Shown here: positions 38,181-50,179 of the stretch, one piece after another
Position numbering within the stretch: the first letter of the stretch is position 1
Layout of the letters: the number at the start of each line of letters is the position of its first letter
From: Chiloscyllium plagiosum
Lineage: Eukaryota
Direction: 5' to 3'
DNA: 64,000 nucleotides
Assembly (NCBI RefSeq): GCF_004010195.1
Contig: NC_057718.1
Location: forward strand, 55,150,196-55,214,195
The notes under the pieces: model-generated
The model's database searches: none
Told to the model about the DNA's origin: nothing
What the model saw: the letters and a program-made list of their open reading frames with translations, nothing else
Made by a program: the position numbers and the translations under genes

Positions 38181-41139
38181 TAATGTTGTCTTCAAGCATG
38201 AAATTTTATAAAAATGTTGCAATCTGCACAATTTTCCCATGAAAAGCAATCAAAACATTGGTTGGCCTGAAGCTACTTTTAGTACTAGATTTTATGGTCA
38301 AAAAAGGCCATTCTGAGTTGTTTGAACAGAACGATTCATTGTGCATTATGTGATATGACATTTGTGACCTTTATAAAATAGTTTATCATTCAGCTTATGG
38401 TGACCAATACCACTGGAAAAGGTGCCAGTAATTGATCTGAAAAATGGTATAGCAGTACATAAAAATGCCCCATCCATTAAAATGCATATTAATCTTAAAA
38501 TGCTGATGACTTTCAAATTGCAACCAAAAACTAACTAGCATGCTCCTCTCATCTACAAAAATTGACTAAGTTAGCTGGGTGACATGAGGCTGCATTTGAT
38601 TTTCGCAATTGTCTTTGAAATGTACATTAGCAAAACTTAAACTTTGCTTTTACTATATATTCAGGATTTAAAAATATGTGTCACATATTTTTAAATTCTT
38701 ACAGACATTTGAAATAAGTGAATCAACTTTATATATGAATTAGCATTTGTTTGACCAGCTTAAGTTCTGAATCTTGGTTTATTCATCTCCTTTGTTTCAT
38801 AGAGTTATGATGTAACTCCTTCAAAATTGGTCACATGTTTCAGTTGGAAATATGAAAGTTTATAAACAGTGAAGTGGGGGTTTTCAGGAGATGATGAGAG
38901 ATTTCCAGAGCAGGATGAAGTTTAAAATGCAACCTAAATTCATGTTCATTCATTTGCATTTCTTTTGTATCCAAAGTTACCTGAAGTGGCCTATTTCCAC
39001 ACTGTAGGGAATCTAACCTAATCTAATCAAGAATATTTGAGTAATGTACTCTTAATTAATTAATATTATCATGTTGAGATTTCAGAGAATATTAAGAACT
39101 TTAAATATTTTTTTAACATTATTGCTTTCCATTTTTACATGGTCTTGTTGCATGTTCTGTCATCTAAGACTCGTAGCTGTATTTTAATTTCCCCCATAGC
39201 TATTTTAGTATTGTATCAGGAAAATATGGCACCCATTTTATCCTTCTGATGAGCAAAAGTTCCTCTTGTGAACTTGAAATTTCATCTGTTGTTTAGCACA
39301 CTTCTGTTTTGTTTAATGATTTAGTCAACCTAGATTGTCATTACTTCGAAGGAATTGTGTAAGTTGATCATTCAGGATCACCTCCACAAAGTCGTTGGTC
39401 TGTTGTTATTTTACAGATAGTCCAGTTCATTCCTCATTAATCACATTAGTCTTTCTTCAACTTCTTGTAAAATAATTTATCTGTACTAGGCTATATCTGC
39501 TTTGGCACCCTTTAAAATAGGCCTTTCTAATTTACTGTTTTCCAATGAATGTCATTGTTTCATAAATCTTGAAAGTGTCAACACTTTGGTATACATGCTG
39601 TTTCACCCTGGAGAAATATTCAAGTACTTGCAGCTTCCATTTTTCCATTTATAGTGGTCTTAACTTAAGATCTGGTAGATTTTTTGTGATAGTCTTCTGT
39701 TTAGGACTAATCATTCAATAAAATTGTATCATCTTGTGCTTATCTTTAAATTCCTTTGAAACTTTTAATGCTCTTGTGTCTGTTCCAAAAAATATGTCTT
39801 ATTGGGGGATGATTTTATTAAATCCATTGGATAAATACCTTTTTGTCAAGCTGGCAAGAATTAGCGTGAAAAAGAATAAACTATTCTGTATATACTGTAA
39901 ATAGTTTACGGTTTGATTTGATCTGAGAAAATTCTTATGAAGTCTGGAGTTCAAGTCAGAGTGCTTCTGAATAAATTACCTATAGCCATTAGGATGCCTT
40001 TTAAAAAGCATGCTATGAATTGTGGTGTGCTATTGGAAGCTGTAGGTTTTAATTCTGAGGAACGTAAGAGTTTGTGTGCTTCTGTAACTGACCTGTGTTC
40101 AGTACTCTAACCAGCACTTTGCTTAAAAACCGTGTATGCAGATTTTTGGTTAAGTTTTGGCTACAATTCATATGTATGTGTATAGAGGAGATAACCTTCA
40201 TATTTGGGACATAATATGCAAGCCTTCATTAAACAGTGGTGTAACAAAGCTTTTAATGGAAAAAAAAATTCTACATGAATAACTGCTGCTATTATAAATT
40301 TGTATCATAATATTTAATCACTAAATTTGTTTCCATGATTAATCTATAACCACTGACACTTCACCTTGTATTAACTAAAACTAAAACAGTCTCTAAACAC
40401 AACAGGTTGGAAAGGCAAAATCTATCATATTGGTGAGGTTTTTCTTTGGTTCAAGTGAATATAAAACTAATGTTTTGCTTATTTTTTGCTATACTCTATC
40501 CAATTTCTTGGAATAGCACTGAAATGTGCATACCTCAGACAAACCATTTATAGGTATAAGACATTAATAATAGTGTGAAAGCTCTTTATATGCCTATTTA
40601 ACAGTTTTTCTGTTTAAAAACTGCCTAAGCCGCTGTCAGTTCGAGAATGGAAGTGCATAATTCACCGACATTTCTGAATCTGGTACAGTGATGGCCTGTA
40701 AATAAATGAATTATTTTGGAGTTAGATATAATGTCCTAATTAAAATTATACAGTTAGCTTATTATTAAAATATATTAATCTTACTGAATACAGCTGGACA
40801 GCGGTATAGTACTTTCTGTTCAGTTGGAAAGTGTGATCATGTTTTGTTTCAGTTTAAATAATAGCTTCAATTTGTCGTGAAAAAGTATGCTACATTTAAA
40901 ACTTAAAATAATCTTCACATCAGAGAGAATTTATTTTGTTTTATACATTAATATGCATTTAAAGTAAGTAATTATGCATCCTGTTAGAAATGTAGCGTCA
41001 CCGTGTGAAGTGATCCATAGCTTCACTTGTTAATATTGTGAATGCAGCAAAAAGCTGGGTTTTGATATTCTGACATCTATATGATGAAATACCACACATG
41101 CATAATACTTTCCTTTTTACTCCTCACCAAGAAACAGTT

Positions 41140-41915
41140 TGGATATTGACCTGAAAGATATTTTCCTAATCAACCTGTTCAGATGTTATGACATGCCTCT
41201 GGAGCAGATGGGACTTGAAACTCAGGCCTCCTGGCTCAGAGGTAGAGATACTATCATGTACCACAACAGCTCTTGAGATTGACCTCAAAGAATTAAATTG
41301 GGAATGCTTGAAACCTGATTTGACTCATTGAAACATCTACTAATTTAGTAAACCTGAATTAGGTTCCCCTCAAACTGATGAATGACTAAATTTAACTCTT
41401 ACGAAGCATAAAGCTAGGCTACAAATACCTGTTGTGGCACTGTGGTAGTGTCCCTTCCTCTGGTCTAGAAAGCCTGGATTCAAATCCCACCTGCTCCAGA
41501 TGTGTGTCATAACATGTTTGAGAAGGTTGATGAAATATTTATAAATATAGTTCTGACTGTAGTTATGGCAGAGTAGTTGAACAATCATTTGCACTACTCT
41601 TGTGACAATGGTAGCCGTACTCTGAGTCAGGAGGCCTACTTTTAAGTCCTACCTGCTCCTGAGATTTATAATTGCTGATTTGGAAAATATCTACGCAATT
41701 AATACAATTAAGCCTCTATTTTAGGAGCTTTTGTGGTATAGTGGCAGTGGTAAGCCATGAGGCTGTGGTTCAAGTCCCATCTGCTCCAGCGGTGTGCAAT
41801 AACAACATCTCTGAACAGAATAGTTCAGAAAATACACAAAGCTAGGCTATAAAAAGTGCTCTTGTGATAGAACCCCTTCCATCTGGGTCAGAAGGAGTTC
41901 AAGTCTCATCTACTT
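41140..41915. repeat. Cluster of short (~100-150 bp) tRNA-derived SINE-like units
   Basis: Repeated gtggtagtg...ttcaa(a/g)tcccac/tctgctccag...aacat core at ~41431, ~41600, ~41730 and ~41860 (+), and 41175-41270 (-); also at ~27920 and ~46455. Confidence 0.7.
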
Positions 41916-41917
41916 TA

Positions 41918-42478
41918 CATGTTGAGGTTATACAGGATGCTGGTGAGGCATTTTCTGGAATACAATATGTAATTCTGGTTGCCCTCTTATAGGAAGGATA
42001 CAATTAAATTGGAGAGGATTCAGAAAAGATTTACTAGGATATTGCTGGGAATGGAAGGTTTGAGATATAAAAATAGACTGGAAAGGCTGGGACTTTTTTC
42101 ACTGGAGCGTGGGAGGTTGATGGGTGACCTTATGGAGGTTTATCAAATCTTTAGGGGCATAGATAAGGAGAATGACAAGGGTCTTTTCCCTAAGGTGTAG
42201 TAATTCAAAACTAGGGGACATTTTTAAGGTGAGAGGAGAAAGATCTAAAAAGGACATGAGAAGCAACTTTTCTCCACAGAGTGGTTTGTGTGTGGACTAA
42301 ACTGCCAGAGGAAGTGGTAGATGTAGGTACAGTTACAATGTTTAAAAGACATCTGGAGAAGTACATGAACAGGAAAGTTTGAGGGATGTGAGCCAAGTGC
42401 AGGCAGATGGGACTAGTTTAGTTTGGGAACATGGTCGGCTTGGACTGAATGGTCCGTTTCCATGCTGTATGACTCTCT
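41918..42478 (+). mobile_element. HER1-like CR1 3' part
   Basis: PSYRKDTIKLERIQKRFTRILLGMEGL...LGLFSLE...GDLMEVYQI. Confidence 0.9.
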
Positions 42479-42594
42479 GTATATCTGAACAGGATGATTA
42501 AAAATATCTAGAGCTAGTCTGCAAGTTGAGAACCAATCATAATTTAAGCATCTGTATTGTCCAGTTTTAATGTTATTGGACTCATGTAAATGTA

Positions 42595-43870
42595 ATCTTG
42601 AGCATGGTCCCCAGCTATGCCTATCTCTTCGTTGGCTACGTGGAACAGTCTACCTTCCATACCTTTTCCTCTGCTACTTTGATGACTGCATCGGCGCCAC
42701 CTCATGCTCCTATAACGAGGTTGAGCAGTTCATCAATTTCACCAACACGTTCTACCCTGACTTTAAATTCACATGGACCATCTCTGACACCTTTCTCCCC
42801 TTCCTAGGCCTCTCCATCTCCATCAATGACGACCGATTCAACACCAAAGTTTTTTTTTACAAACCCCAATGACTCCCACAGCTACCTGGATTACATCTCC
42901 TCCTACCCTACCTCCTGCAAACATGCTAACCAGTATTCCCAATTCCTCACCCTTTTTCGTATCTGCTCCCAGGAGGACCAATTCCACCACAGAACACACC
43001 AATGGCCTCCTTCTTTAAAGACTATAAGTTCCCCTCACACGTGGTTGAAGATGCCGTCCAATGCATCTCATCCACGTCCCACACCTCCACCCTCAAACCC
43101 CCACCCCTCCAACCGCAACAAGGCCAGATTTCCCTGGTCCTCACCTTCCACCACACCAACCTCTGCATAAATTGCATCAACCGCCGACATTTCTACCACC
43201 TACAAACTGACCTCACTACCAGGGATATGTTTCTCTCCCCACCCCTATCTGTTTTCTGCAAAGACTGTTCCCTCCATGTACTTCGACAAATGTCTCCTTT
43301 ACATTGGAGAGACTGGACGCCTTCTCGCAGAGCGCTTCAGTGGAACATCTCTGTGATAACCACACCAATCAACTCCACTGCCCCGTGGCCAAACATTTCA
43401 ACTCTCCCTACCACTCTGCCAAGGACATTCAGGTCCTTGGCCGCCTCCACTGCCACTCCCTCACCACCCGATGCCTGGACGAAGAACACTTCATCTTCCG
43501 CCTCGGAATCCTTCAACCCCAGGCAAAAATGTGAACTTCACTAGTTTCCTCATTTCCCCTCCCCCCACCTTAGCAGTTCCAACCTTCCAGCTCTGCACCA
43601 TCCTCATGACCTGTCCCACCTGTCAATCTTTCTTCCCACCTATCCGCTCCACCCTCCTCTCCGACCTATTACCTTTACCCTTTCCTCCATCCACTTATTT
43701 CACTCCCAGCTACGTTCTCCCCAGCCGCATGACCTTCCATTTATCTCTCCATCCCCGAGACTTCCAGCCTCATTCCTGGTGAAGGGCTCCTGTCTGAAAC
43801 TTGGATTTTCCTGCTTCTCGGAAACTGCCTGAGCTGTGCATTTCCAGCATCACTCTAATCTCCAGCATCT
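42595..43870 (+). mobile_element. Penelope-like element, family 1 (RT C-terminus, GIY-YIG, pLTR with mutated hammerhead)
   Basis: SMVPSYAYLFVGYVEQ, YFDDCIG, FTWTIS...PFL, HSYLDYISS, PVAKHFNSPYHS...EEHFIFRLGILQP; ctggtgaagggctcctgtctgaaac at ~43776. Confidence 0.9.
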
Positions 43871-44259
43871 GATTATTTCACCTCGTGAATTATTCCACAG
43901 AGTTACTGAACAAAATGGATGGTAAAGGTTACAGGTGTGATTCTGTGGTGTCGTAATGATGAGTAAATTAAGGAGGTTCACACATAATGCTATTGAAATA
44001 GAGCAGAGGTGACTGACTGTTTGTTTATTACAGCTCTTCACTGGTTCTTGTTACAGGCAAACTTGCTGCCATGTTTCTATGTTCCAATGGTTGTTGCACT
44101 TCAAAAAGTAAATTATTGACTCATGGTGTGAAAGGTGCTAAAGGTGCTCTTTAGTTACGTAGACTCTTATTCTGAAATAATCGCCAATAGTTTTGTCATT
44201 AGCTGTAAGTTAACATTTTATTTTCTTTCCTTAATGAAATGTAACTGTCAGAAGAACAG

Positions 44260-44899
44260 TGTTACCGACCAGACCAAATCCCCTCAAAATATATCAAGGA
44301 GATAGCCCAGACCCCAACTTTTATTTTATTTAAAGGCAATTATAAGGTGCTGTGTTTCAGATGTGATCCAGTTGGTCCCCTATTTGGCTTTAAGCAAAAC
44401 ACTTTATTCTTACAATAATTAAAAATTAAACCAAAGAAGAATTGGCATAACTTTAACTCTGTTGAAATATTAATAAAATAATGTATTATTTAACTTCCAA
44501 TATAATAGCATCACATCAACACACTCCTGACAAAGACAAATTCAGCAAAACAGTTTCAATCTTGTGTTAACTTCAGTATAGGAACAAAGAACACTGAAAG
44601 AAACAATTCTGGAACAAAGAACGTAATCGAGCTTTTTGCTGCAGCAGAGAGAGTTTTGTATCTATCGGCTTCATCAGCCTCAACTTCAACTTCAATTGAA
44701 AACAAACCAAAACCCTGGTCTGTGTCAGCATGATTCCATCCACTCATGCTTCTTTTGTCTAATTTTTTAAAAAAGCACTCAGAGCTCAAAGCTGTTTAGC
44801 CACTGCTTCTGAAGCAGACATTCCACTGCAGCTGACAACATCTCTCTGCAAACAAAATGGGACAGAACAAATCCCTCTTAAAGGCAGAATACCATCACA
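44260..44899. mobile_element. Solo LTR (Gypsy-like) with 4-bp TSD
   Basis: TGT...ACA ends; acag at 44256-44259 and 44900-44903; homologous to 21778-22385. Confidence 0.85.
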
Positions 44900-45029
44900 A
44901 CAGTGACAAAAGTAGCCCCCTCAAACCTAACTGTGGACCTAAAATATGATTTGAAATATATACTTAAGTGATTTGCTTTCAATTGAGTTACTTTTTGAGT
45001 CAATAACCTGAAACTTTTATTGTTTGTAG

Positions 45030-45146
45030 ATCTTTTCAGAGTACAGGCAGCCGCAGATTGTGAATGGATTCTGTTCTTGAGTCCACTTCCAAGTCGATTT
45101 GTATGCAAGTTGGAACACAATGCAGAATAATATAAAATAGCTGTTT
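45030..45146 (+). other. Candidate internal (5' UTR) exon
   Basis: TAAC at 45004, cttttattgtttgtag acceptor, GTAAGT donor at 45147; all three frames closed. Confidence 0.3.
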
Positions 45147-45464
45147 GTAAGTACAGGAACTGTTTGTATATTAGATCTTGAAAATTACAATCTTGTATGG
45201 GATTGCTTTTGTAAGTATGAACACTCCTAAATTAGGAACCCCCGTAAATCATTTGAGGTTTAAAGGTCGTTTTTATGTTTTTAATCTTCATCCCATTTTA
45301 TTCCCATCATTGAAGGTGCCAAGTCACACTGGGTAATGGTTCCATGATGACAAAAGTTCTTGAGTAATATTACAGGAACATTGGTCAATTTCCTTTTTTT
45401 AAACCGTGGGTACCAGGGTCATACTTGGGAATCATGTCAGTCAACATACCTTTTTTTTTATTTA

Positions 45465-45620
45465 CACTTCCATGGTATGTGGGCATTGTCAGCTCAGCCA
45501 GCAATTTATGCCCTAATTGTCCTGGAAGGTGAGCCTTTGAACTGTTAATGGTCATGTGTTGTAGGTACAGAACTGTTAGGAAGGGAGTTCCAGAATTTTG
45601 ACATTTACCTATGAAGATAT
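45465..45620 (-). mobile_element. CR1/L2-group LINE 3' tail
   Basis: Homologous to 6570-6740. Confidence 0.65.
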
Positions 45621-45859
45621 TGAAGAATCTAGCATTTAATGAAAAACACATTCTACATAAAATTTTAACTTTGATAAATATGTTGATTTGGCGCAATTTA
45701 ATTTTTTTTTAAGGTACTTTTCTTTTTGGCATCTGCCAGCCTTGTATCAATGCACTCTGATGGAAATAACTCTGTCCTAACTAGCAGCTTCTAATTTGAA
45801 TTTTTACTACATCTGCAAGTGTCATTAATTGAAATGATTTGTAAGTCTGTCTAGAACAT

Positions 45860-46320
45860 GATGGCTTAGTGGTGTTATCAGTGGATTGTTAATCCAGAGA
45901 CCCAGACAATATTCTGGGACCTTGGTCGATCCCACCATGGCAATTTACTGAAAAATGTGCAATTAAGAGTCTAATGATGATCATGAATCCATTGTCGATT
46001 GTCAAAAAAAAAACCATCTGGTTCACTGGCTTTTAGGAGAAAGTGAGGTCTGCAGATGCTGGAGATCAGAGCTGAAAACGTGTTGCTGGAAAAGTGCAGC
46101 AGGTCAGGCAGCATCCAAAGAGCAGGAGAATCAATGTTTCGGGCATAAGCCCTTCACTTGGCTTTTAGGCAAGGAAACTGCCATCCTTAACTGGTCTGGC
46201 CTATGTGACTCCAGACCCAAAGCAATGGCATTGACTCAAAACTGACCTCTGGGCAATTAGTGATTGACAGTAAATGCTGGCTGAGCCAGTAATGTCCTTA
46301 TCCTGTCAATGAATTTTTTA
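45860..46320 (+). mobile_element. SacSINE1-like Deu-domain SINE, interrupted by a PLE fragment
   Basis: tggcttagtgg A-box, central ccatctggttcact...tggtctggcctatgtgactccagacc domain, LINE-type tail ggcaattag...aaatgctggc...atgaat. Confidence 0.8.
46038..46152 (-). mobile_element. Short PLE insertion
   Basis: TSD ttcactggcttttagg / ttcacttggcttttagg; 5' end falls inside the hammerhead core. Confidence 0.88.
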
Positions 46321-46329
46321 AAAAAATGT

Positions 46330-46445
46330 AATGGCCTAGCGGCATTACTACTAGTCTATTAGTCTATTAATTCAGAAACTGAGATTTCCTGGGGACCCAG
46401 GTTCAAATACCACCAAGGCAGATGGTGGAATTTGAATTCAATAAA
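46330..46445 (+). mobile_element. Deu-SINE 5' (tRNA-like) fragment
   Basis: tggcctagcgg...ggttcaaataccaccaaggcagatggtggaatttgaattc. Confidence 0.7.
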
Positions 46446-46755
46446 AAAGTGTTGTAGAGCTGTAGTGTCCTAACTTCCAAACTCGTGATCCATGTTCAAG
46501 TCTTATCTGCTCTAGAGGTGTGTAATAATGTCTCTGAACAGGTTGGTAAGAAAATATCGAAATGCAGACAGTAACATATAAATATGAAAGTTTTTTAGGG
46601 TTACAGTATCTGTAAATTAAAATACATTTCAAATAAATTGAGTTGCTAGGAAATATTAAATTCATTTGAAATAAAATCTTACCTGGATGCAGATGGCTGA
46701 AATTACAGTGCCACCTAATGTTGAGAAAACTGAAATACATGCTTGTGCAAATCAA

Positions 46756-46856
46756 AGTTAAAACTCTCACACAACCAACTGTTGGACTGTAACCTGGCAT
46801 TGTGTGACTTTTAACTTTTTGTACACTCCAGTCCAACACCAGCAGCTCCAAATCAC
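46756..46856. mobile_element. Tiny fold-back insertion of PLE family 2 terminus
   Basis: 11-bp TSD gtgcaaatcaa at 46745-46755 and 46857-46867; matches 17120-17160 with a short inverted 5' copy. Confidence 0.8.
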
Positions 46857-46965
46857 GTGCAAATCAACATCTAAATGTGACAAAGTTGTATTATAGGAAG
46901 AAAAATTGAGAAAACTTGCCGACTAGAAAAAGGACATATTATGTTATGAACAGACATATCATTGA

Positions 46966-47086
46966 GGCGAAAGTGAGGACTGCAGATGCTGGAGATTAGA
47001 GTGGTGCTGGAAAAACACAGCAGGTTAGGCAGCATCTGAGGAGCAGGAAAATCGACGTTTCAGGCAGGAGCCCTTCATCAGGAATG
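46966..47086 (-). mobile_element. Short PLE insertion
   Basis: TSD tcattga at 46959-46965 and 47087-47093. Confidence 0.88.
47050..47086 (-). ncRNA. Minimal type I hammerhead ribozyme core
   Basis: Minus strand: CAUUC-CUGAUGA-A-GGGC-UCCU-GCCU-GAAAC-GUC-GAUU. Confidence 0.7.
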
Positions 47087-48709
47087 TCATTGATTCTGGT
47101 GTCATTCCTATCATTATCTTTGTATTCTCCTGCCTTCAGAATCTCTGATTTGTCATTTGAAATAGCACTGCAGCTTAATTACGGGTTTAAAAGATAATGT
47201 ATATACCTACAGTTGTACAGAGAGAAATGAACTAAGTATTAGTTCAGCAAGTGTCCCTTGATGTTGTTCTTGGTGAGTCGGAATATTGGATATTCTCTAA
47301 CAATAGAGGGTTTATGCCATGTAGCACACAATGAATTGAGGGCCAGTAGTTTATTGGCATTGAATAAATTTCTAATGTTCTGGATGTAATTGAGATTGAA
47401 TTCTGCGATTGTCTGTAATTATAATCCTGTGGTTTTATTGTGAATACAAAAATAAACGTTTTAAATAATGTATTCCTTCACCTGCAGACATCTCTTAAAA
47501 GCAGAGGACATATAAAGATGTGTTCATGATGACGGAAATTATGTATAATGTTTAACTTTATTGGTGAGTCTGGTGTGAGGGAGTGGTTTTGAATGCAACA
47601 GCATTACAGTTGTAGCTTGAGATTGAACAGTTTTGCAATGGAATTGCTGAACTTTGGCAACACCACAGAAGAATCTTGGTATTTGGCACATTTGGGATTT
47701 TGTTCAGTGGGGACATCTGGAATCTGTTGAAAATGAAAGTGGGGAAGGACAAAAGTCTAACATTGGTATGAAATTTGCACCTGGCAGAGCTGACTTATAA
47801 ACTGCAATAGTTCTCTACTAATAATTAATTAATTGTACAGTTTCATAATTGATTCCTGGAGAAAAACTGCTCTGTTGAGGTAAAGATTTTACAGCTACAC
47901 AAACTTTGTTCTGTTTCTGCCACTTTGTAGCAGTGACTAGAAACTTGGCTTGTATGATAAATGTATTTTTGTTTTGAACCAGACAATCTCTTATCTCAGA
48001 AAAGATAGGAACAGGTGGAAGATGCAACAAACATCATAAAGAGCCCGTTCTTCCAATCACTGGTAAATATTCCCAAAACCAGCTCTGAAAACATTATTTA
48101 TTTGATGAATATTTTTCAGCACGAAGCCCTAACATTGAAGTGATCGATGTTGCTGTCATGTTAAAGTTGCATGAAAAAAACCTGACTATTTGCAACTTCT
48201 GACCTTTCAGTTAACATAAAATTAGTTTTACGGTTACTCACAGCCAAATCTTATGTGAGCAGTGATTAGTTTATTCTTCTTTCCCTTCATCTTTCTCTTT
48301 GTCACTGCTTAACTTGTTCTCTGACTTTAAAGCAAGGCTAACAGCTTTCATTTACTAGTTGAAAATCTGCTCAAAGTCGCTGTTCAGTATGCTTAAACCA
48401 TTACAAAAACACACACCGAAATACTGTAATTGTTTTGCATTATGGTAAAAAAATGTTGTCAACGACTAAAATATTGAACAAAGTATACAATCAACATGAT
48501 CATATTTGAAAATAATATTCTCTCATTTCCTCACAAAACTATAACATCTTTTTGAAAATATAGTAACAATGAATTTTATCTGAATTTTTATTAAAATTTG
48601 GCCTCCAGCTTTTTTCAAAACTATTTCAACATACAACTAAACCGAAACTGTTGGAACCTCAAAAGGAACCTAATTCAAATAGATGCATTCGGATATATTG
48701 TGGGATAAT

Positions 48710-49170
48710 TGATGAGGGGAATTTCATTGAAACGTACAGAATACTAAGAGGGAGAAAGTGAAGATTGTAGATGCTGGAAAGTCAGAGTGGAAAAACACTG
48801 GTACTGGAAAAACACAGCAGGTCAGGCAGTATCTGAGGAGCAGAAGAATCAATGTTTTGGGTATAAAACCTTCATCAGGATGAAGAGCTTATAACTGAAA
48901 TGCCAACAGTCCTGCTCCTTGGAAGCTGCCAGACATGCTGTGCTTTTCCAGCACCATCCTTTTTGATTTAGAATTCTGAGAGGTCTGGGTAAAGTGAATG
49001 TCTCAACTGGTAGCAGAGACTAGTATCTGCAGGCCCGGCCTTTGAGCCCTTAGTAAGGGGATCAAAAGTTATGGAGAGAAGGCAGGAGAATGGGGCTAAG
49101 AAACATATCAGCAGTAATGGATCGAATGGCAGACCAGAGCAGGTCTCATTCTACTCTTAATATCTTGTGA
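48710..49170 (+). mobile_element. CR1 3' fragment containing a fold-back PLE (~48751-48968)
   Basis: Inverted PLE arms around ccttcatcaggatgaag; degenerate TSD agaatactaagagg / agaattctgagagg. Confidence 0.8.
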
Positions 49171-50179
49171 ACTTATTTACAACTTGATGTTTCACAAGTC
49201 TCCACGAATTTCTCAGAAACACACTTTTCTTGCTATTTGCTTTGTATTCATAATCTTACAATTACTTTACATTTTTTGCTCCTGGTTTACTTTAAACCAA
49301 TCAACAAAGAATGAAGTGGACATTTATATAAAAATTAAATGAAATGTTTACGGGAATTCTATGTCAAGGCAATAAGTATGATCACATAGATATATTTAAC
49401 TATCTATATATAATCCTTGAATTGGAAATGTTTTAATACTTTCAGTCCCATTGATTTCATTGGAAAATAATGACTCCTGCTATGCCTCTCTGCACAGGAT
49501 GACTTTGTTATCTCTTAAAATAAAGTTGCAAGCAGTGCTGTGTACTTAGTTTTTGTATTAAACATTGATAAAAGGAATGATATTTGGCTAACTAATTGTG
49601 AGCTATAATGTGGGAGGCCAGATGTTTAGTAGATATCCTGTGGTGTTGCTCACAGTCAGTTCTCTGTTCCCTTGATCTTTTGTCTATTTTGTTCTGTCTG
49701 TCTCTGTACCACAGCATGCTTGTGTATCTTACCAGGTGTTAGTTTTGAATCATTATCTCCATGTTGTTTGTGATTTACAATCTCATGCTTAGGTACAATC
49801 TTTCATAATTTCTGTTTTATCCTTTGGAGGTTTATGTCTTCTCTGTCATTGTGACATTTATCTAACTAATCTCAATGGAAGTAATTTGATTTTTTTTCTC
49901 TGCGTTCGTCTGTTTACCTCTGAACCTGTGTGTGAAACAATTATTTGTTATCACAGATCTCTATCTCCTACTAATTTTTCTGTTTGCATGATCTTTTTGT
50001 CTTCCTCTGCATTCCTGTACACTCAAATGTAGTTTTTTTTTGTCCTCCTGCTTCTAGCTTCAGTGCTGTGCCTCTGACACTTGAATTGTTATATGTTCAT
50101 TGCTGTTATGAACAGTTTGTTGCCCTTGTCCTCGTGCCTGTTCCAATATCTTTCAGACATGTATATATGTATGTATGTA

